Source: Hypanus sabinus (lineage: Eukaryota). Taken from it: a DNA stretch of 64,000 bases. The notes beneath the pieces were generated by a model that was not told where the DNA came from, did not search any database, and saw only the letters and a program-made list of their open reading frames with translations. Location: the NCBI RefSeq assembly GCF_030144855.1, contig NC_082721.1:2418001-2482000 (forward strand), written 5' to 3'. Each line of letters starts with the position of its first letter. Position 1 is the stretch's first letter. The position numbers and the translations under genes were made by a program. This document shows positions 1 through 11,635 of the stretch, in pieces.

Positions 1-442
1 ACATATACAGATCGTTAAAATTAACAGGCCTGATCTAAATTCAAGAATACCAGTCAGTAGGTCATGTTTGTTGTGACTCTGTTGCTCTTTAAAATACAGA
101 GTATTTCACCTCCCTGTGCAGATTTCATCCTTAAAAACTGAGTGCAGCTGAACTAGAGCAACAATAAGGTACCCTGGAGCAGCGAAGAGAGCACAAAAAC
201 CTGTAATAATCTAAAAGTCAACAAAACAGCAAGAACCTTGCAACATTCAAAAAAAAGGTTTGCTAAAAAAACTTCGACAACTTTGAATAAAGGTTTCATC
301 TCAACATATGACAACCAATTCTCTCAAAAGTGACAATTCTGAGACACCAGCATTACTTCCACATCGCAAATATTCACTTAATCATAGGCAGAAAACTATC
401 CTGACGAATTATCAACTATCAACAAGAACCGGTTATCACTAC

Positions 443-452
443 ACTTACCTTG
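443..452 (-). other. Consensus 5' splice donor of a probable non-coding 5' exon of the downstream gene
   Basis: Minus strand reads CAAG|GTAAGT with the exon ending at 449, just downstream of the CpG promoter. No recognisable protein is encoded. Confidence 0.5.
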
Positions 453-619
453 CAGTGAGTGAGTGGTTTGGAGGGGAGGGGCAGTTGTTTCTCAAGCTGC
501 CTTCTCAGTCTCCCATCTTCACTCAGCCTAGACGACAAAGATCTGCTATACCCTCCGTCCCAACCCCACACTGGCGACACAGACACACACCACTCTCCTT
601 CTCCACGCTCTGACAAATA

Positions 620-1260
620 CCTTCCTCCCTCCCTCTTCAGTCAGTACTCAGCCCAGGATGCCCGTCTGACCCAGCACCCTACCTGGCCATAGGACACCCT
701 CATTCCCTCCACTACCCCCCTCCTCCTGCCCGTGACAGAAATAACAGCAGCAGCAGCCCAGCCCAGCCTCAGGCCGGGACCCGACCACACCCACCTTGAT
801 GCCGTACCCCTGAAAGACACCCTCACCCCCGCCCCTGCTACACTCCCGTTATCCCTGCCCTGGTACTGGACTCCCGCTGTCTGTATCCCCTGGCCCTCAA
901 CCCCCTCTCGGCGGACACTGGAGCCTGTGCCCGGCAAGGGAATTCTGGGATACTGGCGGTTCGACTGGACACCGCGACACGCGCTGTCTCCTAACCTGAT
1001 CACCCGTTAATGGCAGCGGCCTGTCAACACGGCCCGCCCCCAGCCACCCGATTGGTCTAAAACGCAAACAGATTATCAGCATAACGACCGAATGAAAAAG
1101 CAGCTCGATTGGTTTAAACTCGGAGGAGGAGGTCAGACGAGGAACGGCTGCGTGCCTATTGGTTGCTCTTCCGCACGATGGACCAATTACTAACGGCCAG
1201 TCCGAAGACGTACACGATGAAAATATTTGTTTGGCCACTGGTTATCGGAGGAGGGGCCAG
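620..1260 (-). promoter_or_regulatory. CpG-rich promoter with clustered CCAAT boxes and a GC box, probably driving a minus-strand gene that continues beyond position 1
   Basis: Locally CpG-rich; ATTGG (CCAAT on minus strand) at 1051, 1108 and 1158; CCAAT at 1183; CCCGCCCC at 1033-1040; minus-strand splice donors lie downstream. Confidence 0.7.
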
Positions 1261-1629
1261 GATCAAGATTGAGCAATTGTTAATTAAGTAAATATTGTGT
1301 TGCCGAGATAACGCTGCGAGGGTGGTGGGATGGGGAGGAGAGCACTCAGCCTCTCCAGTCCACAGACCAGGTTTCATCTGCCTCACCGTTGAGTACATCT
1401 ACACGGAGTGCTGTTGCAGTAATGCTGCATCCTTCATCAGAGACCCCACCATCCAGGCCATACTCTCTACTCACTGCTGTCATCAGGAAGAAGGTACAGG
1501 AGCCTCAGGTTCAAAAACAGTTACCATCAGGCTCGTGAACAACTACATTCGCTTAATGACCCTTTTATCTTGTCGCTTCTTTCTCGTTATTTATTGTTAT
1601 CTATTTATTATCTGCATTTGCAGTTTGTT

Positions 1630-1935
1630 TGATCAAGGTGTATAAGATGATGAGGGGAACTGATCCTGTGGATAGCCAAAGGCTCTTCCCAGGGCTGACG
1701 GTGGTGTCTGAAAAGAGGATGCTGTCCAAGTTGCATGCCATCTTGGATAATGACTCCCATCCACTCCATAATGTACTGGAGTACATTCAGCCAGAGACTC
1801 ATTCCACCGAGATGTAACACTGAGCGTCATAGGAAGTCATTCCTACCTGTGGCCATCAAACTTTACAACTCCTCCCTCGGAATGTCAGATACCCTGAGCC
1901 AATAGGCTGGTCCTGGACTTATTTCCACTTGGCTC
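1630..1935 (+). mobile_element. Adjacent CR1 and Rex1/Babar-like LINE 3' fragments
   Basis: IKVYKMMRG.D (CR1 C-terminus) is followed by RMLSKLHAILDNDSHPLH (Rex/Babar-type C-terminus). Confidence 0.6.
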
Positions 1936-2029
1936 CCGAACGGACAGACTCGCATCTGCCCCTCCTTGGCCATGCTTCATCAGCCGCGAAGAGACTCAGA
2001 AATCGAAATGCTTTATCAGCACAAACACT

Positions 2030-3006
2030 TGTTACGAAGGATGAACAACTCTGATGGGCAGAAGGGTACAGGGTTGCCCATGTCCCCTCCCCTGGGAGAA
2101 TTACAAACCGTTACTGTTGCCAGGCTGCTAATGAGAGAGAAAGAGATGGAACAAAAACATACTGGGACTGGAACATTTGCTTCATACAAGGGAGAGATAA
2201 CACCGGGGGAGAGAGACGATATTATGTCTTTTGGAAAGGGCTGTTTACTTGGTACTATTCTGTTCATTAAAATTCCTCAGTGGACAGCCAGAGTGGGCTG
2301 GTTTGATGAACTAAGCCATTCAAAACTGATTGACACCTGAGACCCCGTGAGTAGGGATAAAAGTGAGGTCTGGGGAGACACCCCTCAGATGCACCAAGAG
2401 ACACACTAGTGAGCACTGCTTAAGTGTTGGAACCCACGAGAAAGTGGGGCATCGGAGACCGAACGAAGGATCGGTCAATTTTAACTCACAGTGTTTATAG
2501 CGAGGCCGGTGGGGGCTTGTGTGTGTGTGTCCACCCTTGCCTGGGTGACGAGTCCACCATAGAACGGTCTAGCTAAAGGACAGAGGGGTCATACCTGAAT
2601 GGCCACAACAACACATCGACGGATCAAGGAAGTAAAGGAAGGTTTGAGAAAGACTGTAGCTGTAACTGTTTGCTCGCCCTCTCTCTCTCTCTCTCTTTCT
2701 CTCCCCCTCCAATGGTTACAACACAAGAACCAGCAACTACCTCAGCCTACATGAACTGAACTGAACTTTATACTTTCCCATGATAATTCCTTATCCCCTA
2801 GACAACGATAGAGCTTTGTTTATTATTGATTATTATTATACCCACACTTTTAGGTTTAGTATTGCTAACATGTATTATCTGTATATTTGCATTGTTGATT
2901 TTGATTTGTATATTTTACTAATAAACACTGTTTTGAAAATACTACTAGACTCCAACGGATACTTCTATCTTTGCTGGTAAGACACCTAGTTATGGGGTAT
3001 GTAACA
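2030..3006 (+). mobile_element. Solo LTR (977 bp) with 4-bp target-site duplication
   Basis: Starts TGTTAC and ends GTAACA (perfect 6-bp terminal inverted repeat); flanked by CACT at 2026-2029 and 3007-3010; AATAAA at 2920; internal (CT)n tract. Confidence 0.85.
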
Positions 3007-3140
3007 CACTACACTGATGGGATGTCCAACAAACCCCAGTTTGCCCCTGTGGTGCCCCAACCCAGGACATTCTCCACCTGGTCCAAACATGTCCTCTCAC
3101 CAAGATCTGAGGTGGCTTTGCCGTAGACCATGAATGCGGC
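3007..3140 (+). mobile_element. Ancient LINE C-terminal CCHC zinc-knuckle fragment (Ingi/Vingi/I-like), interrupted by the solo LTR
   Basis: Reads LH*WDVQQTPVCPCGAPTQDILHLVQTCPLTK, matching the LHxWG...CxCG...Q...H...CP motif. Confidence 0.5.
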
Positions 3141-4769
3141 CACGAACTGGAGAAGCAGCTTGGCAAAAAACTATTAGAAGCGTTAAGAGAAAAACACCTG
3201 CCATATGAAACAGAAACTCTGATAATAAATTTTACTTTTGACTTCTCTCAAGGACTTTTCATCTCAATGCTCACAATATATATTGTTATTGTTTTCTTTC
3301 TTTTAGTATTTGCACAGTTGTACTTTACACAATGGCTATTTGCCCATCCTGTTGTGTGCAGTCTTTCATTGATTTTATTGTGGTTCTTGTATTTACTGTG
3401 AATGCCCACTAGAAATAGATCTCAGGGCTGCATATAGTGATATAGATGCACTTTGATAAGTTGATATTGAACTTTGGATTTTGAATCTCCAATTTCACAT
3501 TTCATCATAAGATGCTATGCACACATGAGACCATAAGATAAATAAGCAGAGTTAGGCCATTTGGCCCATCCAGTAGGTCACAGCTGATTTGTTCTTCATA
3601 ACAGCATTCTCTCACCTTCTGCATTTAACCCTTAAAACCACCTTCCTAATAAAAAGCCTATCAAATACTGCCTTAAGTGCACCCATTGATTTGGCCTCCT
3701 CAGTCCTCAGAGGAACAGTTACTGTGCAGTCTGTGATTCAGTTCACATCCAGCTGACCGTGAGGGTAAACAAAAGACATCTGCAGATGTGGAATACAGCC
3801 CAACTCATCCATGCTAGACAAGTTGCCTTACTGAGCTGTCCCATTTCCCTCTAAATCTTCCCTATCCACGTATCTGTCCAAATGTCTTTCAGACATTGGA
3901 ATTCTACCTGGCTCAACCATTATGGCACCTCTTTCCATAAACCGACAACCCTGTGAAAAATTACCCATTAAATCTTTATCCTCTCACCTTAAACCTGTGC
4001 CCTCTGGTTCTCAACTTCCCTACCCTAGGAAAAAGACCATCCACTTTATCATGATTTTATAAACTTCTATAAAGTCACCTCTCATCTCCCCCACTCCAGG
4101 GAAAATAGTCTCAGCCTGTCAGTCTGAGTTTAAACTCAAACCCTCCAGTCCAGCTGATATTTGTGTAAATCTTTTCAGGTCACTAACTGTTTTCAGGAGG
4201 ACAAGGACAACAGGAGAACATCCCATCCTATGCCACTCAGGGACTTGGCCTATATTATTATTCTTACAACTATGTTTTTCCGGTATCATAACCATGTTGG
4301 TAATGTATTTAGCACCTTGGACCCAGAGGAGCACCTTCATTTGGCTGTATTCATGTATGGTCAAATGACAATTAGCTTGAACCTCCATAGATCCTGTCAG
4401 TCTCAGTGAGATTGTCAGTCTTTTTTTTGTTTCTGTGGTCAACGACAGTAAAAATCAACTAATCCTGTCACCCAGACTATGTCACTCATTCAGGAGTGGG
4501 TATGTCTTTAAGAATGAACATTATTTATCATTAACAGCCCAGCAACAACGTCAGGAAGGCCAAGAAATACTCAATACATTCAGATAGATCAGTGGGAGGG
4601 AAGGGGTTAATATTTCCACTTTAAGACCTTCAGAACCAGAATAAATGTTTGTAAGCAGGTTAGAAACAGGAGGAGGGAATGCTCAAGTGTATGGTGGAGC
4701 AAAGGGAGGGTCTGACTTGTCCAGGTGACTATGGGAACTGTGGGAATGTAATGAATAAGCGTGGCATGT

Positions 4770-5270
4770 TATGTTATGTTGAAATTGTATTAGTCGTTGG
4801 TGAGGCCTAATTTGGAGTATTGTGTGCAGTTTTGGTCACCTGCCTGCAGGAAATATGAAAATAAGATTGAAAAATTGCAGAGAAAATTTACAAGGATGTT
4901 GCCAGGACTTAATAGGGAAAGGTTGAATAGGTTAGGACTTTATTCCCTAAAATGTAGAGGATTGAGGGGAGATTTGATGGAGGTACACAAAATTATATGG
5001 GGTATAGATAGGGTAAATGCAGGCAGTCTTTTTCCACTGAGGTTCAGTGAGACCAGAACTGGAGGCGATGGGTTAAGGGGAAAGGTTAAATGTTTAAGGG
5101 GAACCTGAGGGGAAATTTCTTCACTCAAGAGGTGAGTGTGGAATGAGCTGCCAGTGGAAGTGGTGGATTTGGGTTCAATTTCAACATGCAAGAGAAGTTT
5201 GGACAGTACATGGGTGGGAGGGGTACGGAGGGCTATCGTCCAGGTGGCCAAAGGGACTAGGCAGATAACT
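4770..5270 (+). mobile_element. CR1 LINE 3' fragment
   Basis: VRPNLEYCVQFWSP...RLGLYSL...RGDL..V.KI, the CR1 ORF2 C-terminus. Confidence 0.85.
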
Positions 5271-5299
5271 AGGAACTCTTCCCACAACCAATGGCAACA

Positions 5300-5490
5300 C
5301 ACTCAAAATGCTGGAGGAACTCAGCAGACCTGGCAGCATCTAAGGAAAGAAGTACAGTCAATGTTTCAGGCTGAGTCCCTTCAGCAGGCCTTGCTGGGTC
5401 GACTGTACTTTTTTCCACAGATGGCCTGCTGAGTTCCTCCAGCATTTTATGTGTGTTACTTGGATTTCCAGCATCAGCAGATTTTCCCTC
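5300..5490. repeat. Fold-back pair of Penelope-type terminal repeats with a decayed hammerhead motif
   Basis: CAAAATGCTGGAGGAACTCAGCAG ... CCTGCTGAGTTCCTCCAGCATTTT; the minus strand contains CTGCTGA-AGGGACTCAGCCT-GAAAC-ATT-GACTG. Confidence 0.7.
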
Positions 5491-6499
5491 GTTTGTGATT
5501 GGCCCACAACCTCAACTCACTTTCAAGGATTTTACATCTCATGCTCTTGATATTTATTGCTTATTTAAGTATTTATATTATTATTTACTGTGTATTTACA
5601 CGGTTTATCTTTTGCACGTTGGTTGGTTGTTTGTGGTTTTTCATAGATTCTGCTGTTTCTTTGCATTTACTGTGAATGTTTGCAAGAAAACAAATTCAGG
5701 GTTGTATATGGTGACGTGTGCTTTGATAATAAATTTACTTTGAGTTCTGCAGATGAGATGGGCAGAAGGGTCTGTTTCTGTGCTGTAGTATTCTACGACT
5801 GTCTGATAGAGTGGCTAGCAATACAGTGGGGGTGGGGGAGGGGAGGTGATAGGGGGATGTCAGAGGGAATTTCTTCACACAGACAGTGGAATGCCCTGGC
5901 AGGGGTGGTGAAAGAGGCAGATATATTAGGGACAATTAAGGCACCTGGATGATTGAAAAATGGAGGGCAATGTGGGAGGGAAGGGTTATGTTGATCTTTC
6001 AGTATGTTAATTGGTCAGTACAATATCGTGGGCTGAAGGGCCTTAATGTCCTGTAGTGTTCTCTGTTTTATGCTGTTCTTGGTCTGAGGCAGTGGCTGAG
6101 AGCTGGTCAGTTCTCAGGTATGTACACGGACTACCGAGGTTCTTGGTGGGTTGGCCAGTATCTGTGAGGAGGGTAGAAGCAATGGCCTTTCATGACCTGG
6201 GCATGTTAACAGTGTTCATGCCTCTGTTGATGTTACCCGGTCTGCTGAGTGTTTCTGGCTGCTTCTGCATTAAGATTTATGTTTCCAGCATCTGCAATGT
6301 TTAATTCCCTCCTGGTTTTGTTATCTATCCACACAGCTGCTGCCTGTCACCTGCAGTGTTGTGTACTTCACCATTCCAGCATCACCTTTCGTGTTTCCAT
6401 TTTGTGCTCCATCTGCTTATATTTCAACCACAGAGATCAGTTACAATTCATGGTAGTGTAGTGGTGAGCATAACACTATTACAGGGACAGTGACCCAGG

Positions 6500-7495
6500 T
6501 TACAGACCCTTTGACCCCCTAGTCCATGCTGAACTATTAATCTGCTTAGTCCCATCAACCTGCACCCATACCAAAGCACTCCATACCCTTTCCATCCATG
6601 TACCTATCCAAATTTCTCTTCAAACCTACATTCACCACTCCACTGCCAGCTCATTCCACACTCTCACCACCCTCTGAGTGAAGAAGTTACCTCTCATGTT
6701 TCCAATAAATACTTCACCTTTCCTCCTTAACCCATGACCTCTCGTCCTTGTCTCAGCCAACCTCAGTGGAAAAAGCCTGCTTACATTTATCACATCTATA
6801 CCCTCCTAATTTTATATACCTTCTCTGAATCTTCTATGTTCTAGGGAATAAAGTCCTAACCCATTCAACTTTTCTTTGTAACTCAGGTTCTCCAGTCCCA
6901 GCAACATCCTTGTAAATTTTCTCTGCACTCTTTCAATCTGATTTACTTTTTTTTCCTGTAGGTAGATGACCAAAACTGCACACAATACTCCAAATCTGGC
7001 TTCACCAACATTTTATACAATTTCAACATAACATCTTAACTCCTTTGCTCAATACATTAATTTATGAAGGCCAACATGCTCCATTTATGACCCTATCTGT
7101 TTGTGATGCCACTTTCAGTGAATTATGCACCAATATTCCCAGATCCCCAGTGTCCTACTGCTCACCAGATAAGACCTATGTACCTTGTTGGCCCTACCAA
7201 AGTGCAACACCTCACACTTGTCTGCATTAAGTTCCTTCTGCCACTTTTCAGCCAATTTTTCCAACTGGTCCAGATCCCGCTGCAAGCTTTGAAAGTCTTC
7301 CTCACTGTCCACAACCCTAATTTTGGTGTCATCTGCAAATTTGATGATCCAGTTCTCCATTTTATCATCCAGATCATTGACATAGATGACAAACAATGGA
7401 CCCAGCACCTATCTCTGCAGCACACCACTACTCACAAGAGAGGCAACCCTCTACAACCATTCTCCTACTTCTCCCATGAAGCTAATGTCTAATTC
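6500..7495 (-). mobile_element. CR1 LINE fragment (RT to 3' end)
   Basis: LGPLFVIYVNDLD...KFADDTKI...LQRDLDQL..W...N.DKCEVLHFG (ORF 7115-7408). Confidence 0.85.
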
Positions 7496-7732
7496 AATTG
7501 GAAATGGTATATAGATGGTAATTTCAAAACAAGAGGAAGCTATTGAGTTTCTCAAACCTGCTCAACAACTAACAGATTCTGAGTGATCTGCAGTTCCTTT
7601 TGCACACCTTTTCTCCATTTTGATCCAAGAGCAGACACAGCACCGATCAATGAACGAAGATCCCACTGAGACACCCAAATCTCTGAGAGGATCAAAGAAT
7701 GAATATTAAAAGACAGCTTCATGCGTCTAAAT

Positions 7733-7812
7733 CAGGAGTTCCCAACCTGTGTTCCATGGATCTCTCTGCTAATGGTAGGGGTCCATGGTATAAAAAAGGT
7801 TGGGAACCCCCG
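7733..7812. mobile_element. ~80-bp hAT (Charlie-like) MITE
   Basis: CAGGAGTTCCCAACC...GGTTGGGAACCCCCG termini; 8-bp flanks GTCTAAAT and GTCTAGAA resemble the NTCTAGAN Charlie target; related copies at 9047 and 11209. Confidence 0.7.
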
Positions 7813-9046
7813 GTCTAGAAGAAAGCTTCTTTTAAGTAGACACACACTTCAGGTTTAAGATGGCACTACTGACGTATGTGTCAGCTTACCAGTAGTTTAA
7901 AAAGCAAGAAATTTGACTAAAAACATTACTAATAACAGCTTTTCCCAAAGTAAATTATGGCAAATTATTCCTGCAAACAATGAAGAAGCAAGTGAAAAAA
8001 AGCAAGTTCAAGGGATGAACCATGCTGGTATGTTGTAGAATCGATGCAGATGGAGTGAGCCATTCAGAGAGGAGTTGAGACAGAGCAGTTTTGATGCCCA
8101 TACAATTGGCCTGGGTGCGAGGCTGAATTGCACTGGACACCAAGCTGATTTGGAGAAATTGAGAATGGCTTCAGGCTAGATGGCAAAATCTGGACCCAGA
8201 GCCTTTCATTGCAGTGGTGCCTGGATCCTAGTGAGAGGTACAATACACTGTTCAGACAATTTAATCGTCAGCCAGATAGGCTGTAAAGACAGGGTGTCTG
8301 GATCGGAAGCAAGCTCTCCCGCAATGTTCACTTCTTTCTCCATGGTGCTGCAGCTATGAAGATTGCCCCAGCAGCCACGAATATGATGGACTGATACCAA
8401 GTATTGGACCTATTCCAGGGTTTGGATCTGAGGACTCATTTTGGTTTGGAAAATTATTTGTATGATCTGTGTTTCCCCCCTTTCTCTATGCATTGGGTGT
8501 TAGTCTTTTTTTTAATTGGGTTCTTTTAGGTTTCTTGCCTTGTGACTGTTGAAAGCAAACAAATCAAGGTTGTATAATTTATACATTCATTGATAATAAA
8601 TGTACTCTGAAACTTCAACTTTCTCATTTAATCTAAACTATCAGAAAAGTGATTGAAAACCTAGCTCTAACCTGTGCACTTTGCATTTCTTGAGCACAGG
8701 AAATTCTCAGAACACAAGGCTACTCAGCCCTTTGGTCTAGTTTACCAATACACATCTCTAACACTGTCATCTTTGTGGCTTTAATCACCTCATCAAACAC
8801 AAAATGACTCCAATGGTCCACTTTCCTCTTTATCAGATTACTTCTACTCCAGCCACTTACCTTTTCCATCCTTCACCTCCAAGCTTCTTACTTCATTTCC
8901 CCCTTCCCCCACCCACTTGGCTTCACCTATTAGCTTCTGGCTTGTCCTGCTCCCTCTCTCTCTCCCCCCCCCCCCCATTCTTATTCTGGCATCTTCCCTT
9001 TCCAGTCCTAATGAATGGTCGTGGCTTGAAATTCAACTCTTCATTC

Positions 9047-9127
9047 CAGGGGTTCCCAAGCTTTTTTATGCCATGGACTCCCACCATAAACCGAGGGATC
9101 CGTGGATCCGAGGTTGGGAACCACTGG
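9047..9127. mobile_element. hAT MITE copy inserted into a Penelope-type terminal repeat
   Basis: CAGGGGTTCCCAA...TTGGGAACCACTG; degraded 8-bp flanks CTTCATTC and GTTTATTC. Confidence 0.65.
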
Positions 9128-10307
9128 TTTATTCATTTCTATCAATTTTGCCTGACCTGCTGAGTTCCTCCAGCATTTTGTGCATTGCTCTGGATTTTCA
9201 CCATCTGCAGAATCTATTATTTTTTTTAAAAAATGACTCTGCTCTTTTAGAAAGCTTTCATCTGACCAGCAGTCTTTCTGGAAACAGGCATGGTTGCAGC
9301 TTGTGTGAAGGGTTTCCTGATCACTGCTGGACAGCTCTGGGCACCCTCCCACCTGCCAGAGGAATGGAGGGTCTCCCTTGGTTCTACTTGTGTTTTCACA
9401 CAAGTCTGTGTCCTTCACCCCTTGGTGAATGAGTCAGGTAGACTCATACTAGTTATTTTTGGAGCTCATATTAAATTACAAACATCGAGGGTCAAGTTAT
9501 ACTTATAGATCTTCCCAGAATGCCCAGTTCTATTTTTAGTACCATCAAATGATCTGTCACCAGACTTCATCCTTCAGAGAAAAACAAGAGCAAATGTGGG
9601 AGAGAAACATGAAAGAAAGAGAAGCAGGCCTTCATCCTGGTGTTCAGTCACTTACCTCCAGATCCACTGACTGTATATCTGCGGACCGACTGCACTCGCC
9701 TCTGCACTGAACCAGCTCTGTAACAGCGGACCCATTTTCGGGGACTCTGTGGTTCATGTTCTGTGTCATTTGTTATTTTTTTATTATTGTTTGCACAATT
9801 TGTTCTTTTTTTGCCCACTGGATGTTTGTTAGTCTTTGTTGTGTGGGGGTTTTCAGGGATTCTATTGTGTTTATTTTGTGCCTGCCTCCAAGAAAATGAA
9901 TCTCAAGATTGTACATGGTATACATACTTAGATAATAAATTTACTTTGATCTTTGACCTGGCATACAGGTTTAATATCTGGTCTCTTATAACACATTCCA
10001 ATAGTTAACCCACCACAGACATCAGGCTCAACAGCATACAATTTCCTAGCTAATTCTCAGAGCAAACAGAATGACATTAGTTTTCCTCCAATCCTCTGGG
10101 ACCACATCCATAGCCAAAAATGTTTCAAATACCTCTGTGATTTCTACACTAGCCTCCCACAGGTCCAAGCGAACACCTTGTCAGGCCCTGGGGATTTATC
10201 CACCCTAATTTGTCTCAAGACAGGAAGCACCTCTGTAATCTGTATCGTGTCTATGACCTTACTGCTGTTTTGCCTCAGTTGTATAGACTCTGTGTCCTGT
10301 GTCCAGT

Positions 10308-10550
10308 AAAGGAGGAGGTGCGCGTGAATCTTTGCCTCACCTAGTTACTCAGAAGGGCAGTTTAAGATCCCCGACACAGGAGGTGTGTGTGAATCTTTGC
10401 TTCACCTGGGAGGGCTGTTCATGTCCCTGGATGCAGAAGGAGGTTTGTGAGAATCTTTGCCTTATGTGGAAGGGCTGTTTATGTTCCTCGACAATCTAGC
10501 CTTATTTTTGAAGAGTTGTTTATGTCCCTGGACTCAGGAGGTCTGTGTGT
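10308..10550. repeat. Degenerate ~60-bp tandem repeat (3-4 copies)
   Basis: Recurring AGGAGGTxTGTGxGAATCTTTGCC...GGGCTGTTxATGTCCCTGGA. Confidence 0.65.
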
Positions 10551-11208
10551 TTTTTCCCTCCAGTTCCAGTTTCCTCTCTGATTCCAAAGATGCAGTTAGT
10601 ACATTATTTGATCGCTGTAAATTATGATTTAAAACTGCCGTTAGGCTAGGGTTAAATCAGTGGGTTGCTGGGCAGCATGTTCTGTGCTATATTTCTAAAT
10701 AAATAAGCACTTTTCATACAGATAATGTAGTTCAATTACTTTACAATGGGTCAAGGTACAAACATGAAAATCAATTAAAAATAAACATGAAAATAAAAGA
10801 CAAAAAAATGTAACAGCAAGGTTGAATAATGCATCATGAAGGACCACATCCACTTTGCTCATGGACTGCCTGTTCCATTCCCATCAGGGAGGCGACTACA
10901 TAGCACTCACGCCAGGATCACCACAGTCAAAAATAGTCTCTCTCTCCAGGCAGTAAGGCTGATCAACACTTCCACCCACTAAACCTCCAACCACCACTAC
11001 TTCATCATTTCTTGTCAATCATCTTATGTACAGACACTTCTATGGCTAGTGTCACTTAAATGTATACAAGCTACTTAGGTAGCTATATTTATTGTGCTTT
11101 TATTATTATTGTTTTCTTTATCTTATAGTGTTTTTTGTGCTTCATTGGATCCAAAGTAACAATTATTTTGTTCTGCTTTACACCTGTGTACTGGAAATGA
11201 CATTGAAC

Positions 11209-11277
11209 AAGGGGTTCCCAACTTGGGGTCCATGGAATGATAGGCGTCCACAGCATTAAAAAGGATGGGAACCCCTA
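11209..11277. mobile_element. hAT MITE copy
   Basis: AGGGGTTCCCA...TGGGAACCCCT; 8-bp flanks CATTGAAC and CATTAAGC. Confidence 0.65.
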
Positions 11278-11635
11278 CATTAAGCAATCTTTGAATCTTG
11301 AAAGAGTTGGGGAATGGTACCAGACAAGGTATCCAGTCCATCACTACCCCTTCTCTTTATACTGGCTAGCTTACTTCTCAGTCCTGATGCATACCTGAAA
11401 CATTGACAATTCTCCTTCTCCATAGATCCACCAAGTTCCCCGTCTACTGTTGCAGATTCCAGCATCTGTATTTCCCCACGTCTGCAGCTCAAACCAGACT
11501 TGCCCAGTGCTGGTTGCCCCATTACAGGATGGATGTGGAGGCTTTGGAGAGAGTGCAGAAGAGATTTTCCTACAATTCTGCCTGGACAAGAGTGCATGAA
11601 CTACAGAGAGTTTGGATGAGCATAGATTTGATTTA

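Noticed and set aside
4119-4442. Overlapping 107-aa and 82-aa ORFs in apparently unique sequence
   Set aside because: No recognisable motif or splice structure.
9645-9720. Strong minus-strand donor GAG|GTAAGT near 9655
   Set aside because: No convincing acceptor or coding homology, and it adjoins repeat sequence, so an exon cannot be supported.
10308-10550. Repeat array superficially like CRISPR
   Set aside because: Degenerate full-unit tandem repeat without unique spacers, in a vertebrate context with no cas genes.
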